This document shows, in pieces, positions 24,169 through 32,772 of a DNA stretch of 64,000 nt. Every line of letters starts with the position of its first letter. Within the stretch, counting starts at the first letter, position 1. The stretch is from Candidatus Omnitrophota bacterium (lineage in GTDB: Bacteria > Omnitrophota > Gorgyraeia > 2-01-FULL-45-10): assembly GCA_043798375.1 (NCBI GenBank), contig JAZDOS010000006.1, positions 9,523-73,522 on the forward strand, given 5' to 3'. Position numbers and translations under genes: made by a program. The notes under the pieces are model-generated. The model was not told the origin of the DNA. It made no database searches and saw nothing but the letters and a program-made list of their open reading frames with translations.

Positions 24169-26373
24169 CTATACCAGCGGTTCCATCGAAAGCGCGGGGT
24201 GCTTGGCCTGCTCGAGATGGGCGACGAGCGCCGCGGCGTCGGTCGCGATCGTCTCGTCCGCGATCTTGTCAAAAAGATCGGGCATTCCAAGCTCTTTCGA
24301 GCGCTCTTTTAACTTATCCGCAAGCGCCTCTTTCAATTCCTTCGGCATCCAGACAACGCGTTTCAAGCCGCCCTCTGCCGATATAAATTTTTTACTGGTT
24401 ATATAGAGCCTCCCCACCCCAAGAAACCCGGGCGTCTGGCTGCCGCCGCCTACGGAACTGGCAAGCGTCGTAAATTTCATCCCTGCCGGCGTCTCACCCG
24501 GGTATTCCCTGTTCACGACCATCACGCCGTTCGCCTCCGGCACGATCGCCACGATACACTCGAAGCACCCGCATGACGTCATCGGCGCGTCCATTAACGA
24601 ATAGACGGTCATGCGTGAAATCTTCTGGTGGCTGGAATTATGGACGAACTGATTTATGCCCTCCCAGACGCCTTTTACGGAATCGATCGCGCTTCCCTTC
24701 TTTATAGGCTGATTCCCGCCGGTCGGCGTGATCTCGTGCGCCGCCCTTGCGTCAAGCCACGAATACGCGCCGCACAAGCCCAGCCTTTCCGGGCTCACCA
24801 CACAGACGTGGTCGGGCGCGAAACTCTGGCACAAAGTGCAGCTGTAGAACGTGTCGACCGACTCGTCCGTCATGCCCTGAATTCTCGCGTCCCTGGCGTC
24901 AAAAACCGACTTTGCTTCCGGCAATATCTTCAAAACATCCTTCTCGTCCGTATATATGGTCACCTGCACCTTGTCAACTATGGCGCCGTATTCGTCTTTG
25001 AGTTTTGCGACGAGAATATCGCCGAAATGGCGGATATTGAATCCCGCGCCCCGGGCGTCCTTCGAGATTCTTATCCAGTTCATATCGCGCTGGCCCATGT
25101 GGAATATGCCCATGGCATAATTTAAATATTTATGGATCTGGCGTTCCAGGATGGGCTCAAAATCGGCGCTCATCTTTCTTCCGGCAACTTCCGCGAGTAT
25201 ACCGAGGGGATAACTTCCCCCCTCGCTCATCTTGTCGATCTCCGGGCCTTTAACGGTTACCTTCCCGTCTTCAACCTCGTCCATCTTCTTCATCCTCAGG
25301 TATTCGAACGCGGCCGAATATTTTCCGCCGAATTGGACGAACATATTCTCTTTTCTTACGCGCTCACCTTCGAAAGCGGCTGAAAAGGGAACCGGCACCG
25401 GAACCGATGCGATCTTTACCTTAATACCGCGCGCCTCTATCGCCTTCCGGACTATCTTCTTATAGTCTTTTTCCTTTACCAGGCATTCTTCGTGAGCGCA
25501 GACGCCGGGAACCCTTACCTCCGGCAGGTCTAAGTCCGTTATTATCGGAACTCCCGCGGCAAGCGCTCCGGCGCCTGTCGCGGCCTTCACATCATCGACT
25601 CCGCCGAGGAGCATTACAAAAGCCGGCACTCTATTTTTGATGTAATCGACGCATGCGGCCGTATTGCCGGCTTTAATCCCTCCGAATGTCAGCGCGGCGC
25701 GGATGGCAAAATTAAGGACATAGACTATCGAGATCGTATCGCGGCCATAAGGAACAACGTAGGACTCCAAACCCATGTGGAGCCCGCCTTCTTTTAACTG
25801 ATCGATGATGCTTATGCCGTCGACACTGCCGCCGACCAGGGTAAGAATATTTCTCTTCTGGAGGTCTCTTACTATATCTACCGCGGTCTTGGCATCGGGA
25901 GCCTTGCCGAGAATTACGCCGATACCCGATATCCTTCCGTCGACAAGCTGTATGCCGAGCGCGCGCAATAGTGTGTCGGAGAAAAATCCCGGGCATCCTG
26001 CCTGAGGCTCCTCACCGTAAAGATATCGAAGCGCGGTTATCACCTCTTCCGAGAGTATCGCCGCAACACCGGCATTCAGGCTGTCTTTTAAGAAATTGGC
26101 CCATTTATCTTCAGCCGGAATGTCCTTTATTATAAGGGTCTTTGCGGTATCTAAAATCTTTTTTGCGTCGGCGAGCGTCTTCGTCTCGAGGCCTAAAAGC
26201 GCGTTTGCCAGCGGAAAATAGAACGCCGTGTCAGGGAACGCTATTTTTGAATCCGCGCCCTTTTCTTTAATAGCCCTGTCCATGTAACTATCGGCAACGC
26301 CTGCGACCGACCTTGCGCCGCTAACCATCAAACCCGCCACAACCTTCACCGTAACCTCCGATGTTTTTGTCAT
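24169..26373 (-). CDS. acsB: acetyl-CoA synthase catalytic subunit (CODH/ACS, AcsB/CdhC)
   Basis: 734 aa; A-cluster cysteines in TSCGCFECIVAIVPE. Confidence 0.85.
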   Translation of the reverse strand: MTKTSEVTVKVVAGLMVSGARSVAGVADSYMDRAIKEKGADSKIAFPDTAFYFPLANALLGLETKTLADAKKILDTAKTLIIKDIPAEDKWANFLKDSLNAGVAAILSEEVITALRYLYGEEPQAGCPGFFSDTLLRALGIQLVDGRISGIGVILGKAPDAKTAVDIVRDLQKRNILTLVGGSVDGISIIDQLKEGGLHMGLESYVVPYGRDTISIVYVLNFAIRAALTFGGIKAGNTAACVDYIKNRVPAFVMLLGGVDDVKAATGAGALAAGVPIITDLDLPEVRVPGVCAHEECLVKEKDYKKIVRKAIEARGIKVKIASVPVPVPFSAAFEGERVRKENMFVQFGGKYSAAFEYLRMKKMDEVEDGKVTVKGPEIDKMSEGGSYPLGILAEVAGRKMSADFEPILERQIHKYLNYAMGIFHMGQRDMNWIRISKDARGAGFNIRHFGDILVAKLKDEYGAIVDKVQVTIYTDEKDVLKILPEAKSVFDARDARIQGMTDESVDTFYSCTLCQSFAPDHVCVVSPERLGLCGAYSWLDARAAHEITPTGGNQPIKKGSAIDSVKGVWEGINQFVHNSSHQKISRMTVYSLMDAPMTSCGCFECIVAIVPEANGVMVVNREYPGETPAGMKFTTLASSVGGGSQTPGFLGVGRLYITSKKFISAEGGLKRVVWMPKELKEALADKLKERSKELGMPDLFDKIADETIATDAAALVAHLEQAKHPALSMEPLV

Positions 26374-26388
26374 TATATTCTCCGATTT

Positions 26389-27261
26389 TTACAATCCGGC
26401 CGCATCCAGGACCTGCGGCACCTTTTTATCCCATCCGATCGGCATTATGTGAATACCTTTACATAAAGGTTTCAATCCCTTAATAAGCCGCGCGGCTATC
26501 TCTATCGATTTAGCGCTCTTGTCTTTCGTCTCTTCCATCTCTTTAATAAGATTATCCGGCACGAATACGCCGGCGACGTTCTTATTCATGTATTTAGCCA
26601 TGCCGGCCGATTTTAACAAGACGATACCGGCCATGATCGTCGTATTCAGGTGTTTCGCGCCGTCCAAAAATCTTTTAAATAATTCGACGTCGTATACCGC
26701 CTGTGTCTGGAAAAATCGCGCTCCGGCGGATATTTTCTTCTCCATCTTGATAATTTCCGGTTCGAGCGGGTCCGCGCCGGGATTGACCACTGCGCCCATG
26801 CAGAATTTTGGCGCGCCGCGAAGCGCATTGCCTTTCATGTCTTTACCTTGTTCCAGGATTTTCGCGACTTCCAGAAGCTGGACGCTTCCAAGATCGAATA
26901 CGGGCTTCGCCTCCGGATGGTCTCCCAAACTCGGGTAATCACCCGTCAGTAAAAGCACGTTTTCTATCCCGAGGACGCTTGCGCTTAACAGGTCCGATTG
27001 CAGGGCAAGCCTGTTCCTGTCGCGGCAGGTCATCTGGAATATCGGCTCCATCCCCTCATCTTTCAAAAGATGGCATATCGCCATCGAGCCGATCCTCATG
27101 ACAGAGCTCTGCAGATCCGTCACGTTTATCGCGTCGACCCTTCCTTTTATCAAAAGCGCGTCTTCCAGGACCTCTTTGATATCCGTCCCTTTCGGCGGCC
27201 CGATCTCGCTCGTCACTACGAATTTACCCTGCTTTATCTTCTCGCAAAAAGTCATCTTCAA
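26389..27261 (-). CDS. metF: 5,10-methylenetetrahydrofolate reductase (acetogen MetF type)
   Basis: MetF TIM-barrel pattern; context between folD and acsB. Confidence 0.75.
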   Translation of the reverse strand: MKMTFCEKIKQGKFVVTSEIGPPKGTDIKEVLEDALLIKGRVDAINVTDLQSSVMRIGSMAICHLLKDEGMEPIFQMTCRDRNRLALQSDLLSASVLGIENVLLLTGDYPSLGDHPEAKPVFDLGSVQLLEVAKILEQGKDMKGNALRGAPKFCMGAVVNPGADPLEPEIIKMEKKISAGARFFQTQAVYDVELFKRFLDGAKHLNTTIMAGIVLLKSAGMAKYMNKNVAGVFVPDNLIKEMEETKDKSAKSIEIAARLIKGLKPLCKGIHIMPIGWDKKVPQVLDAAGL

Positions 27262-27269
27262 CCATCCCT

Positions 27270-27299
27270 TTCTAACCTGGTTAGATTTGGCAGGTTAGA
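27270..27299. promoter_or_regulatory. perfect palindrome TCTAACC-T-GGTTAGA plus an extra half-site, 9-38 nt upstream of the metF start
   Basis: The same CTAACCTGG half-site as at 24061. Confidence 0.4.
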
Positions 27300-28155
27300 G
27301 ACTCATCTTAAATAGTTCAACCGTATTTCTCATAAGAATCGTGGTCGTAAGCGGCCCGACGCCTCCCGGAACCGGTGTAATATACGAAGCCTTCTGCGAA
27401 GCAGCTTCAAATTCAACATCGCCGACAATTTTATCCCCTATCTTATTAATGCCTACATCTATCACGATAGCGCCTTCCTTGACCCAATCGCCTTTTACGA
27501 TGCCGGCCTTGCCGACCGCAACGACGAGTATCTCTGCCCGCTTCACATGGTCCGGCAGTACGCCGCGTTCGCCGGTCCCGATATGACAGACCGTCGTCGT
27601 AGCAAACTTGTTGAGAAGCATTAACGATAGCGGCTTGCCGACTATCTCCGAATGGCCTACAATAACCGCTTCTTTTCCGTATAAATTTATCTTCGTCGAT
27701 TCCAAAAGCTCCATCACAGCCATCGCGGTGCACGGGCCTATCTTATAATTTCCCAGCAGGATCCTGCCGAGATTCTCCGGATGCATCCCCTCGGCGTCTT
27801 TAGCGGGGGATATTCCTTTTACAAGCAACTTTCCGTCTATCCCTTTCGGCACGGGTAATTGTAGAATGACAGCGGTAACGGCCAAGTCATTATTCAATTC
27901 TTTTATCAGGGCTTCCGCCTGCGCCTGCGTAAAAGTTTCCGGGGCGACTTTCAATTCGTATTCGATCCCGAGCGACTCCGCCGCTTTCTTCTGCGCCTTG
28001 ACGTAAACCGCGGACGACGCGTTTTCGCCTATCTCGACCGCCAGAAGTTTCGGCGCTCGCTGCCCGCGCCTTACCTTTAATTCCTCAACTTCAGCCTTAA
28101 TCTTCGCCTTCAGGCCTTCTGCTATTACTTTACCTTCCAATAACTTTGCCGGCAT
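27295..28155 (-). CDS. folD: bifunctional methylene-THF dehydrogenase/methenyl-THF cyclohydrolase
   Basis: MPAKLLEGKVIAEGLKAKIK... FolD pattern. Confidence 0.85.
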   Translation of the reverse strand: MPAKLLEGKVIAEGLKAKIKAEVEELKVRRGQRAPKLLAVEIGENASSAVYVKAQKKAAESLGIEYELKVAPETFTQAQAEALIKELNNDLAVTAVILQLPVPKGIDGKLLVKGISPAKDAEGMHPENLGRILLGNYKIGPCTAMAVMELLESTKINLYGKEAVIVGHSEIVGKPLSLMLLNKFATTTVCHIGTGERGVLPDHVKRAEILVVAVGKAGIVKGDWVKEGAIVIDVGINKIGDKIVGDVEFEAASQKASYITPVPGGVGPLTTTILMRNTVELFKMSL

Positions 28156-28163
28156 ATCTTCTC

Positions 28164-28769
28164 CTATTTAATCGCATCCTCACACATCTCCAGTATCTCT
28201 TCCTTTAATTTAGGCATGGTTTTTTCGAGCGGCGCCAAAATCCCATGCACGCTTCCGACGTAGTCCATGTCTTTAATATATTTAAGATTGATATAAACAT
28301 TGTACTTGCCCGAAAAAAACGCCCCTTCGAGCAGTATCGCGGCTATGGCCGTATCGGTAACGAGGTTCTTGTTTCCGACGCGCGCAAGTTCCCTGCAGAT
28401 TCTAAGCATCCCATGCGCAATCTTGCATATTTCGAACGGAACATCGGCGGCTTCCTTGTATATCGCGTCCAGTTCCGGCGAGTTTTTCGGTAATTCCTTC
28501 ATAGCCTTCGACAGCTTCCCGTAAGCTTCGACATCCGCATCGACAAGGCGCTCGAGCTCAGCCTTTGCCTCGCTGGCCCTTACCAGAATATCCGCAAGCT
28601 TCTTCTCCTCCTGCTTATACTTAGGATTGCCCACCGTGTAGTTGGCGGCCATCGACATGAGGCCGACCCCTATAGCGGCGGCCAGGGCAGACGCGCTCCC
28701 GCCTCCCGGCGCCGGCGACTTTGCCGCCAGATCGTCAAGATACTCTCTTATCGGCTTATTAATGTACAT
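28164..28769 (-). CDS. fchA: methenyltetrahydrofolate cyclohydrolase (FchA, cyclodeaminase domain family)
   Basis: LAAKSPAPGGGSASALAAAIGVGLMSM motif. Confidence 0.75.
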   Translation of the reverse strand: MYINKPIREYLDDLAAKSPAPGGGSASALAAAIGVGLMSMAANYTVGNPKYKQEEKKLADILVRASEAKAELERLVDADVEAYGKLSKAMKELPKNSPELDAIYKEAADVPFEICKIAHGMLRICRELARVGNKNLVTDTAIAAILLEGAFFSGKYNVYINLKYIKDMDYVGSVHGILAPLEKTMPKLKEEILEMCEDAIK

Positions 28770-30453
28770 ACTTCATCCTTCCTTTCGCATCTATATCGAT
28801 CTTTTCGCCTGCGGGATATGCCGGCAGCCCCGGCATTGTGAGCATCTTGCCGCATAACGCGTAAAGAAAACCGGCGCCTATCGACGGCCTTACATCGCGG
28901 ATCGGAAGGATAAAATTCTTTGGCGCGCCTTTCAGGTTCGGATCGTGCGATAAAGACAGGGGCGTCTTCGCCATGCATATGGGAAGTTTTGAATACCCGA
29001 GCTTCTTAAAAAGGGCTATATTGTCTTCCGCGGCCTTTTCATAATGAACCGACTTCGCCCCGTAAACATCCCTGGCGATACGGTCAATCTTGTCCTTTAT
29101 CGCCATTTCGGACGGGTAGAGAAGGTTGAATCTGGACTTTGTCCTGCACGCCTCTAAACATGCGCGCGCAAGGCCGATCCCTCCTCGCGAGCCGAATCTG
29201 TAAACATCGCTTGTAACACAATCGAACGCGCCCGCCTCAAGCGCCCTCGCCCTGACATGAGCAACTTCTCTTTCCGTGTCGGTTGCAAATCTATTTATCG
29301 CGACTATGCACGGCAGGCCGTATAGCCTCGTGTTCTCTATCTGTTTTTCAAGGTTAGCGCATCCGTGATCCAGAGCATCGAGGTTCTCCCTTTCAAGATC
29401 TCTTGAAAGCGGCTTGCCTATAGCCGTCTTGTACATTCCCGAATGCACTTTAAGCGCTCTTATAGACGCCACGAGCACCACGGCCTGGGGCGCAAGGCCG
29501 CTATATCTACATTTTATATTCACGAATTTCTCCAGCCCGCAATCCGCGCCGAAGCCGGATTCTGTCACGACAAAATCAGAATGACCGAGCGCGATCCTGT
29601 CGGCAAGAACGGAGGAATTACCGTGCGTGATATTCGCGAACGGGCCGGTGTGTACAAAGCATGGCGTGTTTTCTATCGTCTGGACGAGGTTTGGTTTTAT
29701 CGCGTCCTTCAGAAGGAGCGCCATCGATCCCGCGACCTTCAGGTCTTCGGCCGTCACGGCCTTGCCGCTTTTTGAGACCGCGACGACGATCCTGGCGACC
29801 ATCTTCCTCATATCCGCGATCGATTCGGTCAGCGCCAGGATCGCCATTATCTCGCTTGCCGCGGTAATGCAGAATCCGGTATCCCGCTCGAATCCGGAAA
29901 CGCCCGCGCCGAGAGCGATCCGCACATTTCTCAAAGCGCGGTCGTTTACGTCTACGACGCGCCTCCAGTAAATCCTTTTCGGATCGATATTGAGCCTGTT
30001 ATCCCTGTAAAGGCTGTTATCGAGAAATGACGCGCAAAGATTGTGCGCCTGACTTACGGCATGAATGTCGCCGGTGAGATGCAGGTTGATATCTTCCATC
30101 GGCAGGACCTGGGAATACCCCCCGCCCAGGCCGCCGCCTTTTATTCCGAAGAACGGTCCGATGGACGGCTGCCTGATGGTCGCTATAGACTTCTTCCCGA
30201 GCCTGTTTAGCGCCATGGAAAGGCCGACAGTGGTAACGGTCTTCCCTTCGCCCAAAGGCGTCGGGGTAATGCCGGTCACGACTATGTAATTAGCTTTATA
30301 TTTTGCGGGCTTTTCTTTGACTAGGTCGAGAGATACTTTGGCCTTGTATCTTCCGTATAATTCGAGGTATTTCGATGGGATACCAAGGTATGACGCTATT
30401 CTGGTAATAGGTTTTAGTTTGGCTCGTTGGGCTATTTCGATGTCCGGTTTCAT
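28759..30453 (-). CDS. fhs: formate--tetrahydrofolate ligase
   Basis: PTPLGEGKTVTTVGL P-loop; 564 aa. Confidence 0.9.
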   Translation of the reverse strand: MKPDIEIAQRAKLKPITRIASYLGIPSKYLELYGRYKAKVSLDLVKEKPAKYKANYIVVTGITPTPLGEGKTVTTVGLSMALNRLGKKSIATIRQPSIGPFFGIKGGGLGGGYSQVLPMEDINLHLTGDIHAVSQAHNLCASFLDNSLYRDNRLNIDPKRIYWRRVVDVNDRALRNVRIALGAGVSGFERDTGFCITAASEIMAILALTESIADMRKMVARIVVAVSKSGKAVTAEDLKVAGSMALLLKDAIKPNLVQTIENTPCFVHTGPFANITHGNSSVLADRIALGHSDFVVTESGFGADCGLEKFVNIKCRYSGLAPQAVVLVASIRALKVHSGMYKTAIGKPLSRDLERENLDALDHGCANLEKQIENTRLYGLPCIVAINRFATDTEREVAHVRARALEAGAFDCVTSDVYRFGSRGGIGLARACLEACRTKSRFNLLYPSEMAIKDKIDRIARDVYGAKSVHYEKAAEDNIALFKKLGYSKLPICMAKTPLSLSHDPNLKGAPKNFILPIRDVRPSIGAGFLYALCGKMLTMPGLPAYPAGEKIDIDAKGRMKYVH

Positions 30454-30494
30454 AGCTATAATTACCTTAAGATATTATCATTAATGGAAGGTAT

Positions 30495-30566
30495 ATTTTA
30501 ATATAAAGACGCCGGCGGGTCAATAAAATTTATCCCGCAAAATTTATCCCGCATGTTATCCCGCAA
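30495..30566 (-). promoter_or_regulatory. fhs-operon promoter (TTGACC-N17-TAAAAT) preceded by three direct repeats of TGCGGGATAA spaced 13-14 nt apart
   Basis: Read on the minus strand upstream of the fhs ATG at 30453. Confidence 0.45.
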
Positions 30567-30575
30567 AAACTTTTA

Positions 30576-30637
30576 CCGATACAACCTGCGAGGTTTGCCG
30601 GCAGCCGTCTACCGGTTAACCTCGCAGGTTGTATCGG
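30576..30637. repeat. REP-like palindromic element (20-bp perfect stem ccgatacaacctgcgaggtt / aacctcgcaggttgtatcgg, 22-nt loop); one arm encodes the C-terminus and stop of rnhB
   Basis: A near-identical copy lies at 63656..63717 and a shorter variant at 36124..36173. Confidence 0.8.
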
Positions 30638-31269
30638 TATTTCGCCAGCGATTTGACCGGCTGGAAGCTGAAACGGTGGATGGGTGACGGGCCATGCTCT
30701 TCCAGGGCCTTCATGTGGAGTCTTGTGCCGTAGCCCTTATGCCTGGCGAACCCGTATTGCGGATAAAGGCTGTCGTATTTTACCATGATGCGGTCTCGGG
30801 TGACCTTTGCGACGATCGATGCGGCCGCTATCGAGAGGCTCTTCGAGTCGCCGCCCACGATGCACTTGATCGGGCATTTCGTCGGAAGCTTCATGCGCCC
30901 GTCAACAAGAGCGTATTCGGGTTTGGCCTTGAGATTATCTACGGCTTCCTGCATGGCCCTGACGGTGGCCCGGTAGATATTGATCCGGTCTATCGTCTTC
31001 TCGTCGATGATGCCGACGCCGACAAATGCCTTATCGAGTATCTCGCGGTAGGCCCTCTCTCTTTTTTTGGGGGATAATCTTTTGGAATCGTCTATATCTT
31101 CTAAAAAATTGAAATCCTTGAGAATGACTGCGCCCGCGACGACAGGGCCGGCCAGCGGCCCGCGGCCTGCCTCATCGATTCCGGCGATCAGCTTGAAGCC
31201 CTGGCTATTCAGCCTCTTCTCTATCTTGAGGAGGATTTTTCGTCTCAGAGTGTTCGATCTTCTCTTCAA
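30616..31269 (-). CDS. rnhB: ribonuclease HII
   Basis: [24 protein letters not shown]. The ORF-table start is a TTG overlapping rplS by 65 nt, so the true start is uncertain. Confidence 0.8.
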   Translation of the reverse strand: MKRRSNTLRRKILLKIEKRLNSQGFKLIAGIDEAGRGPLAGPVVAGAVILKDFNFLEDIDDSKRLSPKKRERAYREILDKAFVGVGIIDEKTIDRINIYRATVRAMQEAVDNLKAKPEYALVDGRMKLPTKCPIKCIVGGDSKSLSIAAASIVAKVTRDRIMVKYDSLYPQYGFARHKGYGTRLHMKALEEHGPSPIHRFSFQPVKSLAKYRYNLRG

Positions 31270-31594
31270 CCTTCGTCTCTTTTCCGACCTTCTTCTTCAG
31301 GTAATAGAGCTTCGCTCTTTTTACGTCGCCCTTCTTCACAACCTCGATCTTGTCGATAGACGGTGAGTGCAGCGGGAATACCATCTCCACGCCTTCGCCG
31401 TACGAAACCTTGCGAACGGTAAAGGTCTCGGTGAGGCCGGATCCTGCGCGCGCTATAACGATGCCCTCGAAAGTCTGCAGCCTCGTCTTACCCTCTTCAA
31501 CGATCTTCACGGCCACATCTACCGTATCACCGACATTGAACTGCGATATGTCTTTCTTCAGGAACTTTGATTCAATCAGCTTGATCTTGTCCAT
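31205..31594 (-). CDS. rplS: 50S ribosomal protein L19
   Basis: Conserved L19 core with an acidic C-terminal tail. Confidence 0.85.
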   Translation of the reverse strand: MDKIKLIESKFLKKDISQFNVGDTVDVAVKIVEEGKTRLQTFEGIVIARAGSGLTETFTVRKVSYGEGVEMVFPLHSPSIDKIEVVKKGDVKRAKLYYLKKKVGKETKVEEKIEHSETKNPPQDREEAE

Positions 31595-31616
31595 TTCCTC
31601 TCCTTGTTATCGTTAC

Positions 31617-32360
31617 TTATTTCTTTTCCTTAAGCAGATCCGGCCTTCTCGCTCTCGTCCTCTTAATCGCTTCTCCCCTTCTCCATTCTTCTATTTTCTT
31701 GTGGTTTCCGCTTAACAGCACTCCGGGGGCATTCATCCCCCGGTACTCCGCAGGACGTGTATATTGCGGATATTCCAGTAAGTCATCTTCAAACGATTCG
31801 CGCTTTATCGAATCGTTATGCCCCAGGACTCCCGGGATAAGCCGAACTACAGAATCTATTACAATAAGCGCCGGAATCTCGCCGCACGTCAATATATAAT
31901 CTCCTATCGATATCTCTTCGTCGGCCAGTTCTCTTATACGCTCGTCAACGCCTTCATAGTGCCCGCAGATGAGGACGAGCCGCCTCTCTTTAGCGAGCCT
32001 CTTCGCAATCTTCTGATCGTATTTCTTTCCCTGCGGCGTCAGTAATACTACCTTTGGCCTACGCTTCGGTGTTCGGTATTCGGTGTTCGGTGTTCGTTCT
32101 TTTTCGACAACCGACAACCGACAACCGACAACCGATTTCAGTTCTTTTAACGCCCGCCAGATCGGCTCGATCTTCATCACCATCCCCGCGCCGCCGCCGA
32201 ACGGCTTGTCATCCGCCGTCTTGTGGAAATCATCAGTCCAGTCACGGAGATTATGAACCTTTATCGTGACGAGCCCCTTATTCTGGGCGCGTTTCAAGAT
32301 CGATTCGCCGAGAATATTCTCGAACATCCCGGGAAAGAGCGTCAGTACGTCGATTTTCAT
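31617..32360 (-). CDS. trmD: tRNA (guanine37-N1)-methyltransferase TrmD, with an in-frame insertion of about 20 aa derived from a heptanucleotide-repeat hairpin element
   Basis: TrmD motifs (GGGAGMVM, LVLICGHYEGVDERI, SIGDYILTCGE). The extra segment VGCRLSVVEKERTPNTEYRTPKRRP is encoded by the repeat at 32063..32138. Confidence 0.85.
   Translation of the reverse strand: MKIDVLTLFPGMFENILGESILKRAQNKGLVTIKVHNLRDWTDDFHKTADDKPFGGGAGMVMKIEPIWRALKELKSVVGCRLSVVEKERTPNTEYRTPKRRPKVVLLTPQGKKYDQKIAKRLAKERRLVLICGHYEGVDERIRELADEEISIGDYILTCGEIPALIVIDSVVRLIPGVLGHNDSIKRESFEDDLLEYPQYTRPAEYRGMNAPGVLLSGNHKKIEEWRRGEAIKRTRARRPDLLKEKK
32063..32138. repeat. heptanucleotide tandem-repeat foldback element (arms CGGTGTT x4 / AACCGAC x4) inserted in frame in trmD
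   Basis: Left arm cggtgttcggtattcggtgttcggtgttcg, loop ttcttttt, right arm cgacaaccgacaaccgacaaccgacaaccg. Confidence 0.8.
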
Positions 32361-32366
32361 AGTTTT

Positions 32367-32440
32367 TCGGTTTGCGGTTTTCGGTTTGCGGTTTTTGGTC
32401 TTCGGACGACGATAACCGAGAACCTATAACCGATAACCGA
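32367..32440. repeat. heptanucleotide-repeat foldback element (CGGTTTG/CGGTTTT arms) filling the rpsP-trmD spacer
   Basis: cggtttgcggttttcggtttgcggttttt ... ccgagaacctataaccgataaccga forms an imperfect inverted repeat. Confidence 0.75.
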
Positions 32441-32448
32441 ATCTTCAA

Positions 32449-32697
32449 TTATGCCTTAATTCCCTGCTTCTTCAATAATGTCTTCACTATCGCTGACGGT
32501 ATCGCGCCGACTCCGATCCAGTATTCCGCGCGCTCCTTCTTCACAAAGACAGTCGCCGGATCCGTCTTCGGATCGTAGTAACCGAGGATCTCGATAGGCC
32601 TCGAATCCCGCGCCCTCCTCTTATCCACGACGATGATCCTGTGAACCGGTTTCTTCAACGCCCCCATCCTCTTTAGCCTTATGACTGCTGGCATCAT
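32449..32697 (-). CDS. rpsP: 30S ribosomal protein S16
   Basis: MPAVIRLKRMGALKKPVHRIIVVDKRRARDSRPIE. Confidence 0.9.
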   Translation of the reverse strand: MMPAVIRLKRMGALKKPVHRIIVVDKRRARDSRPIEILGYYDPKTDPATVFVKKERAEYWIGVGAIPSAIVKTLLKKQGIKA

Positions 32698-32772
32698 TTC
32701 CTCCGATTTGCTATTGTTTGCCCGTAGGCAAATCGTCCCGAGCCGCTGGTTATTCCGTGCGGCGGCGAGGGA

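Noticed and set aside
25361-25400. GGTTCCGGTGCCGGTTCC array in acsB as another heptad-repeat insertion
   Set aside because: It encodes a PVPVP linker that plausibly belongs to the native inter-domain linker of AcsB. Its periodicity is 6, not 7, and it lacks the CGGTTTK signature.
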